A stretch of DNA of 18,698 bases from Elusimicrobiota bacterium (GTDB taxonomy: Bacteria > Elusimicrobiota > Elusimicrobia > Elusimicrobiales > UBA9959): NCBI GenBank assembly GCA_027340875.1, contig DAIENX010000058.1, positions 1 to 18,698 of the forward strand, given 5' to 3'. Below the pieces are notes generated by a model, which worked only from the letters and a program-made list of their open reading frames with translations, was not told the DNA's origin and ran no database searches. Below, in pieces: positions 7,540 through 14,985 of this stretch. The position numbers and the translations under genes were made by a program. Position 1 is the stretch's first letter. The number at the start of each line of letters is the position of its first letter.

Positions 7540-8607
7540 ATGCCTGAAGAGACTCCCAGGCCGCACAGGCGGCGCGTACGCTACTCCGGCACGCACCCGC
7601 GCCGCTTCGAGCAGAAGTACAAGGAGCTGGACCCCGCGAAGTACGCGGACCAGATAGAGCACATCATAGCCAAAGGCCTCACGCCGGCCGGCACCCACCG
7701 CCCCATCTGCGTGGAAGAGATCCTGGAGATACTCTCCCCGAAGCCCGGCGAGACCGCCTTCGACGCCACGCTGGGCTACGGCGGCCACGCGCGCAAGCTG
7801 CTGCCGAAGCTGCTGCCGGGCGGCAGGTATTTCGCGGTGGACGTGGACACGGTGGAACTGCCGAAGACCGAGGCCCGCCTGCGCGCGGAGGGCTACGGCC
7901 CCGAAGTCCTGACGGTCAGGAAGATGAACTACGCCGGCATACTGGGCCTGCTGGGCGAGGCCGGCGGCGGCTTCGACTGCGTGCTCGCGGACCTGGGCGT
8001 CTCGTCGATGCAGCTCGACAACCCGGAGCGCGGCTTCACCTACAAGGCCGACGGCCCGCTGGACCTGCGCCTGAACCCGGAAAGGGGACAGCCCGCCTCG
8101 GAATTCATAAAGGCCGTCACTGCCGACAAGCTCAGGAGCATCCTGGAGGAGAACGCCGACGAGCCGTTCGCGGCGCAGGCCGCGAAGGCCATAAAGGAAG
8201 CCCCCCTCCCCGTAAAGACCACCTCGGGCCTGGCCAAGGCCGTGCGTGCCGGCCTGGCTTCCGTGTCGCCGAAGCTCAAAGAAGAAGAGATCAAGAAGTC
8301 CCTGCAGCGGGTGTTCCAGGCCCTGCGCGTAGAGGTCAACGGCGAGTTCAGCGCGCTGGACCGCTTCCTCGAGGCCCTGCCGTGGGCCGTAAAGCCCGGC
8401 GGCAGGATAGCCATACTCACTTTCCATTCCGGCGAGGACCGCCGGGTGAAGAAATCCTTCTTCACGGGCGAAGAGGCGGGCGTCTACTCCTCCGTGGCGC
8501 AGACCCCGGCCCGCCCGTCCGCGGCCGAGCGGCGCTCCAACCCGCGCTCCTCCTCGGCCAAGCTGCGCTGGGCCGTGCGCTCCGACAGGCCGGCCGGAGG
8601 ATCATGA
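7540..8607 (+). CDS. rsmH: 16S rRNA m4C1402 methyltransferase RsmH (MraW), variant with N-terminal extension
   Basis: DATLGYGGHA, LADLGVSSMQLD..ERGF, GPLDLRLN, FQALRVEVNGE, ILTFHSGEDRRVK, NPRSSSAKLR. ATG 7540 preferred over GTG 7495 because the latter lies upstream of the promoter. Confidence 0.92.
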   Translation: MPEETPRPHRRRVRYSGTHPRRFEQKYKELDPAKYADQIEHIIAKGLTPAGTHRPICVEEILEILSPKPGETAFDATLGYGGHARKLLPKLLPGGRYFAVDVDTVELPKTEARLRAEGYGPEVLTVRKMNYAGILGLLGEAGGGFDCVLADLGVSSMQLDNPERGFTYKADGPLDLRLNPERGQPASEFIKAVTADKLRSILEENADEPFAAQAAKAIKEAPLPVKTTSGLAKAVRAGLASVSPKLKEEEIKKSLQRVFQALRVEVNGEFSALDRFLEALPWAVKPGGRIAILTFHSGEDRRVKKSFFTGEEAGVYSSVAQTPARPSAAERRSNPRSSSAKLRWAVRSDRPAGGS

Positions 8608-9314
8608 AAAAACTTATGGCCCTGTGCGCCGCCGCGGCGGCCTTCGGCTGCGCTTCACGTCCGGCGGTCACCGGCTCCATGGAGAAGGCCGCCCGCCAGG
8701 TCCTTAACCAGTCCGAAGCCGGCAGGAAGGCCGTGGGCGAGTACGACCGCTACAAGAAGGAGTTCGACAGGTACGGCAAGCTGGCCGGGATCCTCAGGAA
8801 ATACCACGACAGCAAGACCCTCGACGACTCGGACCTGCTGGAGGTGCTCAGGCAGACCGGCGTGGTGAAGGGCGCGCCCGCTCCGAAAGGCAAAAAGCCG
8901 CCAGGACAATTCCCCGTGCGGACGTACAAGGGCGGCTTCCGCTGGCCCATGGACGCGGGCATAGTCAGCTCGGAGTTCGGGCCGCGCTGGGGCAAGATGC
9001 ACCAGGGCACGGACATCGCGGCCGACATGGGCGTGCCGATAAAGGCCTCGGCCGCGGGCGAGGTCATCTATTCCGGGGACGGCATCTCAGGCTACGGCAA
9101 CGTGGTCATCCTGCGCCACGACAGCGATACCACCACCACCTACGCCCACAACAAGGCGCTGAAGGTGCGGGTGGGCGAGAAAGTGAAGGCCGGCCAGCTG
9201 ATAGCCCTGCTGGGCTCCACCGGCCACTCCACCGGGCCGCATCTGCATTTCGAGTTCCGCAAGGGCGACGCCCCGGTGAACCCGCGCACTATCCTGCCGA
9301 CGAGCAGGTTCTGA
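8604..9314 (+). CDS. M23 family metallopeptidase lipoprotein (236 aa)
   Basis: ATG 8604 overlaps the rsmH stop (ATGA) after GGAGG. Lipobox AFGC; Zn motifs HQGTD and STGPHLHFE; GYGNVVILRH. Confidence 0.9.
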   Translation: MKKLMALCAAAAAFGCASRPAVTGSMEKAARQVLNQSEAGRKAVGEYDRYKKEFDRYGKLAGILRKYHDSKTLDDSDLLEVLRQTGVVKGAPAPKGKKPPGQFPVRTYKGGFRWPMDAGIVSSEFGPRWGKMHQGTDIAADMGVPIKASAAGEVIYSGDGISGYGNVVILRHDSDTTTTYAHNKALKVRVGEKVKAGQLIALLGSTGHSTGPHLHFEFRKGDAPVNPRTILPTSRF

Positions 9315-9387
9315 CCCTTCGCCGCGCTCACGCGCGCGCCGCCCTGAACGCCTGCAGGCGCGTAGAGGTTTTTGTTTGTATGGGGTT

Positions 9388-10809
9388 CTAGTCGCCGCAG
9401 AAGATGCCGATCGCGCAGAGCACGTTCTGCCCTGACGGGGTGGAACCGAGGCTTTTGGAATCGGCCGGCCGCAAGGTCTTCTTGACCGTCTCCATCGAAA
9501 CGCCGTCCTTCGAACCGATGACGAGCCCCTTTACCGCCAGGTTAACCGGCGTAGCCGGCAGGTAAATCACCATGGCCGCCATGGCGGCGGGATTCCCTTC
9601 GGCCGCGTTCTTCTCCACGTACATATAGGTTTTACCGCTCTCGTAGACCGCCGGCGCCACGACCCGCAGGACGGCCTTCTTGGTCAGCACGCAGGCGCCG
9701 TGCAGGCCGAAGGTGTCGGGGCAGCTACGGACCGCGTCCTCGACCTGGTCGTTGACGAAATATTTGTGCTCCAGCGCGGCCAGGTTGTTGCTCTCATAAC
9801 CGGAGGCGGGCCCATGGGTATCGTCGCGCAGCGCCAGCAGGTCGTTGAAGTTGATATCCCTGCCCACCAGGGCCTTGAAATCCTTCTCCATCTTCACTAT
9901 CTCTTTGCGGCTGGCCGGCTTATCGTAGTTATGCGGGGCTTTCATCTTCTGCGGGTCCACTATGTTGAGCGCCTCATAGAGGCTGCAGTTCTGGGCCCGG
10001 CACTTGTCCAGCTTGGCCTGCTGGGCCGCGGTGATCTTCTTGCCGTTCCAGACGAAATTGCCCTCGGGAGCCGGGCCGTCGCCCATGCTCGGAGGCGCCG
10101 TGAAAGTGAGCTTCTTCTTGGGGCCGCGCGCCTCGGGCGCGGGAGGGGCGCCGCCTAATTTCGCTTCCGACAGCTCCACCCCGCCCTCCTGGTCGCCCTT
10201 CCTGCCGGAACCGCCGTCGTAAACGGCGCCCATGCCGGACGCGTCCATGTCCTTCATTTTCCCGTACTTCTTATTGGCGGCGGCGGAGATCTTCTCCTGT
10301 TTCTTGGCGCGCTCCTTCAGCTGTTTGGCCTCCTCTTCGCCGTTCTGCGGCCGGGGCGCCAGCGTGATGTTCTGCTCCTTCAGCCAGGCTATGTCGTCCT
10401 GGTCGTAGATCCCTTTGTCCACCCTGGCCTTTATAGCGGCCAGCTTGTCCCGCTTCTCCTGGACCGCGGCGGCCGCGGCCTCCCCGTCCTTGAAACAGGC
10501 GCCGATGTATTCCAGGTCCCCGTCGCTCACGGCCAGGAGGGCCTTTCCGTCTATCTTGCCGCGCGAGACGGACAGCTTGTCCTGCGCCTTGCCGCAGGCG
10601 CGCAGGGCCTTGTTCAGCACCTTGGTCTGCTGCTTCGCGTCCAGCTCGTCCCAGCTGCTCTCGTCCTCGTCCGTGAACGCCCCGATCCAGCGCCAGACCG
10701 TATAGTCCTGCGACACTTCCGAGCCCCAGCGGACCTTGACCGCCTCCCCGGGGAAGGCGGGCTGCGCCAGGAAAAGGACCGCAAGGACGAGCAGCTCTAT
10801 CGGTTTCAT
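9388..10809 (-). CDS. Secreted hypothetical protein (473 aa)
   Basis: Start moved to MKPIELLVLAVLFLAQPAFP (signal peptide), downstream of a promoter. Helical charged N-half, Pro/Gly linker, Cys-containing C-half. No family recognised. Confidence 0.75.
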   Translation of the reverse strand: MKPIELLVLAVLFLAQPAFPGEAVKVRWGSEVSQDYTVWRWIGAFTDEDESSWDELDAKQQTKVLNKALRACGKAQDKLSVSRGKIDGKALLAVSDGDLEYIGACFKDGEAAAAAVQEKRDKLAAIKARVDKGIYDQDDIAWLKEQNITLAPRPQNGEEEAKQLKERAKKQEKISAAANKKYGKMKDMDASGMGAVYDGGSGRKGDQEGGVELSEAKLGGAPPAPEARGPKKKLTFTAPPSMGDGPAPEGNFVWNGKKITAAQQAKLDKCRAQNCSLYEALNIVDPQKMKAPHNYDKPASRKEIVKMEKDFKALVGRDINFNDLLALRDDTHGPASGYESNNLAALEHKYFVNDQVEDAVRSCPDTFGLHGACVLTKKAVLRVVAPAVYESGKTYMYVEKNAAEGNPAAMAAMVIYLPATPVNLAVKGLVIGSKDGVSMETVKKTLRPADSKSLGSTPSGQNVLCAIGIFCGD

Positions 10810-10831
10810 ATATGGATACTTATCGATTAAT

Positions 10832-10860
10832 AGCCTACCAGAGGGCGGGCCAACTTTCAA
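10832..10860 (-). promoter_or_regulatory. Promoter for the secreted hypothetical gene
   Basis: Minus strand TTGAAA (10860-10855), N17, TGg-TAGGCT (10837-10832). Confidence 0.55.
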
Positions 10861-10904
10861 GGCCCATTCCGCATCGCCTGGACCGCTGACGATAGGGGAG
10901 ATCA

Positions 10905-10915
10905 CCCCCCCCCCC
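10905..10915. repeat. C11 homopolymer in a divergent intergenic region
   Basis: atcaCCCCCCCCCCCaagag, read directly. Confidence 0.9.
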
Positions 10916-10994
10916 AAGAGGCCTATTACGGACCCTCGGCCGGTACCGCGGCAGCCCCTGCCCCGCGCTCCGGAGTTCTAGCCCTAACCGGCTC

Positions 10995-11023
10995 TTGCAT
11001 CGTCCCTCCCTTAGTGGTATGCT
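10995..11023 (+). promoter_or_regulatory. Promoter for the baeRF-family gene
   Basis: TTGCAT (10995-11000), N17, TGg-TATGCT (11018-11023). Confidence 0.55.
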
Positions 11024-11112
11024 CTCCTTGGGGGTTCAGGGTAAGTCACCGATATACACGCCGCCGCCCGCGCCAGCGGGCCGGACGCCCGCTTATAATC
11101 ACAGGGGGAGCT

Positions 11113-12273
11113 ATGCTATTGATGAAAAGAGAAGAGCTCAAGGAATTGATGGACGAGCGGATGGGGCCCTGCGTCTCCATCTACATGCCTACCGTAAAGG
11201 GGAGCATCGAGACCAGGCAGAACCCGATAAAGTTCCGCAAGCTGCTGAAGGAGGCGGAGTACAAACTGGCCGCGTCCGCGGTGAAGCGCGCCGATATCGA
11301 AGAGCTGACCGCGCCGGCGAGACGCCTGCTGCTGGACAACATGTTCTGGCAGTACCAGAACGGCGGGTTGGCGGTGTTCCTGTCGCGCCGCGTCAGGCGC
11401 GCTTTCACGCTGCCGCTGGAGTTCTCCGAGATGGCCGCCACGGGCGACAGGTTCTGCGTCAGGCAGCTGCTGCCGCTGTTCGCCGAGGACGGCCGGTTCT
11501 GCGTGCTGGCCCTGAGCCAGCGCTCGGTCAAGCTCTACCAGTGCAGCCGCTACAGCGTCTCCGAGCTGGACCTGCGCCAGGCGCCGAAGAGCATAACGGA
11601 CCTGCTGGAGCTTAACCCCGGGGAGAAGCAGCCGCAGTACCACTCCAACACGGTGGGGCGGGCGGCCGGAGCCCGCGGCCAGACCGCCTCTTTCCACGGC
11701 GGCGCCGAGGACGCGGACGACGCCAAGGAGAACGTGCTGTTCTATTTCCGCAACGTCAACCGGGCGGTGAACTCCATCCTGAACAACGCCGGCGGACCGC
11801 TGGTGCTGGCCGGGGTGGACTACCTCACCCGCATCTACGACAAGGCCAGCACCTACCCACGCCTGGCCGCCGGGCGCATACCGGGGAATCCCGCGGACCT
11901 AAGGCCGGAGGAGCTCAAGGACAGGGCCTGGGGAGTGGTGAAGCCGGAGTTCGAGCGCGAGGCCCGGACCGCCGTGGAACAGTACGAGCGGCTGCAGGGC
12001 ACCCCCCGAGCCTCCAACCACCTGGCGGCCATCCTGCAGGCGGCCGGAGAGAGCCGGGTGGGGACGCTGTTCGTCTCCGCGTCGGAGCAGCGCTGGGGTT
12101 TCTACGACGAAACCTCGGGGGTCATGGACCTGCACGGCAAGCCCGAGGCCTGCGATATGGAGCTGCTGGACCTCTGCGTGGCCCGGACGCTGGACCACGG
12201 CGGCAAGGTCTACGTGCTGGAAAAGGAAAGGATGCCGGGGCTGGCGCCAACAGCGGCCATCTTCCGCTACTGA
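11113..12273 (+). CDS. Bacterial archaeo-eukaryotic release factor-like protein (baeRF family 3/7-like; Balon-related)
   Basis: GPCVSIYMPT, QNPIKFRKLLKEA, FWQYQNGGLAVFL, FHGG, YFRNVNRAV, PLVLAGV, RVGTLFV, TLDHGGKVYVL..MP..AAIFRY. Start is 11113 or 11122 after GGGGGAG. Confidence 0.82.
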   Translation: MLLMKREELKELMDERMGPCVSIYMPTVKGSIETRQNPIKFRKLLKEAEYKLAASAVKRADIEELTAPARRLLLDNMFWQYQNGGLAVFLSRRVRRAFTLPLEFSEMAATGDRFCVRQLLPLFAEDGRFCVLALSQRSVKLYQCSRYSVSELDLRQAPKSITDLLELNPGEKQPQYHSNTVGRAAGARGQTASFHGGAEDADDAKENVLFYFRNVNRAVNSILNNAGGPLVLAGVDYLTRIYDKASTYPRLAAGRIPGNPADLRPEELKDRAWGVVKPEFEREARTAVEQYERLQGTPRASNHLAAILQAAGESRVGTLFVSASEQRWGFYDETSGVMDLHGKPEACDMELLDLCVARTLDHGGKVYVLEKERMPGLAPTAAIFRY

Positions 12274-12283
12274 GCCGGGAAAA

Positions 12284-12319
12284 GAGAAGGCCGGGCGCTT
12301 ACGGCGTCCCGGCCTTTTC
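12284..12319. terminator. Terminator between the convergent baeRF and cstA genes
   Basis: GAGAAGGCCGGG...CCCGGCCTTTTC stem with purine and pyrimidine tails. Confidence 0.7.
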
Positions 12320-12333
12320 ACGTCCCGGCACGG

Positions 12334-13959
12334 CTAGGCGGCGGCTTCCTCCGGGACGGGGGCTTTACGCAGCACCGCACGGGCGCTCTCGAAGATAACG
12401 GTCAGCGACAGCAGCAGCAGCACTGCGCCTATCACGGTGATCAGGTTCATGCCGGACTTGGCCAGCATGCTGACCAGCGCCCAGACGGTCATGACGGTCA
12501 TGAAGACCGCCGGCACCAGGATGATCCAGAGCGCCTTCACCTCCGTACGCTTGGCCCAGATGTAGATGATGACCAGCACCAGCGCGGCCAACAGCTGGTT
12601 GGTGACCCCGAACAGCGGCCAGATGAACTTCCAGGCCGGCACCGCGGCGCCGTCCGGCCCGGTCACGCTGATGTTCAGCAGCACTATCGGCAGGGCTACC
12701 GAGACGGCGGTGGAGAGCAGCCTGCTGACGACGGAATTGCCGGTATCGGTCAGCTCCTGGAAGATGTAGCGGGCTATGCGCGTGGCGCTGTCCAGCGTGG
12801 TCAACATGAAGGCCGAGATCACCAGCAGGCCGAACACGCGGCCCACGTCGGGGCTCATCCCGAGCAGCTCGGAGAAGCGGCCGAGACCCGCCGCGAAGAT
12901 CTGCGCCGGGGCCGCCTTGGCCAGCGCGTCGCCGGGGGCCAGCATCATTATGGTGCCCAGCGCTATCATGGCCACCACCGCCTCCAGCGCCATGCCGCCG
13001 AACCCGATGATCTTGGCGTCACGGGCCGAGGCCAGCTGTTTCGACGTGGTGCCGGAAGCCACGAGCGAGTGGAAGCCGGACACGGCCCCGCAGGCCACCG
13101 TGATGAACAGGAACGGTATCATGTCCCCCACGGCCGGCGCGGAGAAACCCTTCAGGGCCGGATAGGTTATGTGGTAGCCGCCGAACATGACCCCGACGAG
13201 GCCGATGAACAGCGAGGCATAGAGCAGGTAACTGGACAGATAGTCGCGCGGCTGCAGCAGGAACCAGACGGGCAGTATGGACGCGACGAAGCAGTAGCCC
13301 ATCAGCAACCAGACCCAGGCTCCCTTGCCGAGCGACAGGAACGGGAACTTGAAGCTGAGCAGCATGAAGGCCCCAAGCGCCAGCAGGGCTACCGCCGTGG
13401 AGGCCTTCAGCCCCGTCTTGGCCCGGTAGACGGCCAGGCCGAAGGCCACGGCCACCGCTATATAGGCCAGGCTGGTCTCGGCCACCGCGGCCTCCTTGGC
13501 GAAGGCGTCAGCCGTGATGTCGGCGAAGACAGCCACCACGTACATCAGCGCCAGCCAGGTGAAGAGCAGGAACAGCTTGTAGGTGCGCCTGTTGATGTAC
13601 TTGCGCGCGATCTCCGAGATGGAGCGGCCGCTGTGGCGCAGCGAGATGATCAGCGAGGAGAAGTCGTGCAGGCCGCCGATGAAGATGGTGCCGACCACCA
13701 CCCAGACCGCGGCCGGCAGCCAGCCGAAGGCCGCGGCCGCGATCAGCGGTCCGACTATCGGCCCGGCGCCGGCGATGGACGAGAAGTGGTGGCCCAGCAG
13801 CACGTACTTGTTGGTGGCGACGTAGTCTATGCCGTCGGCCATCGTTGCCGAAGGGACCGGTTCGTCCTTCAGCACCGAGTAGCTCTTCTCCAGGAAGCCG
13901 CCGTAATAGCGGTAGCCCGCCCAGAGGGATACGAGGATGACGATAGCGAATATTGCCAT
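12334..13959 (-). CDS. cstA: Carbon starvation protein A family transporter (541 aa)
   Basis: DGIDYV, VLLGHHFSSIAGAGPIVGP, FGWLPA, GGLHDF, LPVWFLLQPRDYLS, FITVACGAVSGFHSL, FMLTTLDSATRIARY, IWPLFGVTNQLLA. Confidence 0.95.
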   Translation of the reverse strand: MAIFAIVILVSLWAGYRYYGGFLEKSYSVLKDEPVPSATMADGIDYVATNKYVLLGHHFSSIAGAGPIVGPLIAAAAFGWLPAAVWVVVGTIFIGGLHDFSSLIISLRHSGRSISEIARKYINRRTYKLFLLFTWLALMYVVAVFADITADAFAKEAAVAETSLAYIAVAVAFGLAVYRAKTGLKASTAVALLALGAFMLLSFKFPFLSLGKGAWVWLLMGYCFVASILPVWFLLQPRDYLSSYLLYASLFIGLVGVMFGGYHITYPALKGFSAPAVGDMIPFLFITVACGAVSGFHSLVASGTTSKQLASARDAKIIGFGGMALEAVVAMIALGTIMMLAPGDALAKAAPAQIFAAGLGRFSELLGMSPDVGRVFGLLVISAFMLTTLDSATRIARYIFQELTDTGNSVVSRLLSTAVSVALPIVLLNISVTGPDGAAVPAWKFIWPLFGVTNQLLAALVLVIIYIWAKRTEVKALWIILVPAVFMTVMTVWALVSMLAKSGMNLITVIGAVLLLLSLTVIFESARAVLRKAPVPEEAAA

Positions 13960-14004
13960 AAAACCGTAGCGGTCCCTTGAGCACGGGACCGGCCGCGCCG
14001 GGGA

Positions 14005-14985
14005 TCAGAATCCCCGGGAGCGGCGGCCGAACCTGACCGTCACAGAGACACGGTGGGTGTTGCCCAGGTCCCCCATAGGGGAATAGGCGTAATCTATAAG
14101 GTAGCTGGACATGTCCATGCCCAGGCCGGCGGAGATGCCGGAGGAGTCGCCCGTGGCGGCCGTACGGTAGCCCAGTCTCATCGAGAAGGCCGCGCCCTTG
14201 TCATAGGAGGTGGTCATCTCGACCCCGGCGTTGCCGTAGATCCCGGCATCCCTCAGATAATTCACGTCGGTGAAGAAAGCCGCGCTCTTGTGCATGCGGC
14301 GGTCGCGCCCGAACGGCAGGTGATAGGCCCCGCCGAGCCTGACGTTGAGCGGCAGCGGGTCGGACCGGCTCCTGAACTTCAGCGGCCCGCCGAAGTTCTG
14401 CGCCGAGAGGCCGAAATCCAGTTTTCCCGGGATAGCGGCGTACCTCAGCCCGCCGTCCAGCGCGAGCGCGGAGGCGTTGGCCGTCTCCAGGCGGCTTGAG
14501 ATGTACTTGGCCGCGAACCCCAGGTCCAGCCGGGAGGCCACCCGCCGGGCGTAGCCCAGCATTACGGCGGCATCGGAAGCCGAATAGGAGGCGGAGAGGT
14601 CGTTGCCGAACTTGTCGTACTTGTCTATGGAAGGGCAGTCCAGATAGCTTATACCGAAGCCCACCACTCCTGAATACCGTTTGGCGGCGAAGGCCAGGCT
14701 GGAGTAGCCGATGTCGCCTATCCAGCGGGCATGGGAGAAGAACAGCTCGGGACCTGTCACCGCGGCCAGGCCGGCCGGGTTATAGAACAGCCCGGAAGCC
14801 CCGGAGAGCGCGGCCCCCGTCTCGCCCAGCGCGGACGACCTGGCGTCCACGCCTATGCGCAGGAACTGGCCGCCGGATACTCCCTCGTCGGCGGAGAAGG
14901 CCGGCAGCGCCAGCGGCGCCAGCGACAGCGCGGCCAGAACGCAACCCGCGAACAGCCTGCGACCCATCATGTTCGTCCGCGTCAT
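14005..14985 (-). CDS. PorV/PorQ-family outer-membrane beta-barrel protein
   Basis: Signal peptide, then FLRIGVDARSSALGE...LFYNPAGLA, alternating beta-strand pattern, IDYAYSPMGDLGNTHRVSV, terminal Phe. ATG overlaps the upstream stop (ATGA). Confidence 0.85.
   Translation of the reverse strand: MTRTNMMGRRLFAGCVLAALSLAPLALPAFSADEGVSGGQFLRIGVDARSSALGETGAALSGASGLFYNPAGLAAVTGPELFFSHARWIGDIGYSSLAFAAKRYSGVVGFGISYLDCPSIDKYDKFGNDLSASYSASDAAVMLGYARRVASRLDLGFAAKYISSRLETANASALALDGGLRYAAIPGKLDFGLSAQNFGGPLKFRSRSDPLPLNVRLGGAYHLPFGRDRRMHKSAAFFTDVNYLRDAGIYGNAGVEMTTSYDKGAAFSMRLGYRTAATGDSSGISAGLGMDMSSYLIDYAYSPMGDLGNTHRVSVTVRFGRRSRGF

Noticed and set aside
8382..8603. Extended starts from the ORF track (8382, also 7495, 10917, 11014, 2728) and the GTG start at 18686
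   Set aside because: They overlap other genes or promoters, while downstream ATGs give signal peptides or SDs. The 18686 frame stays open to the window edge.
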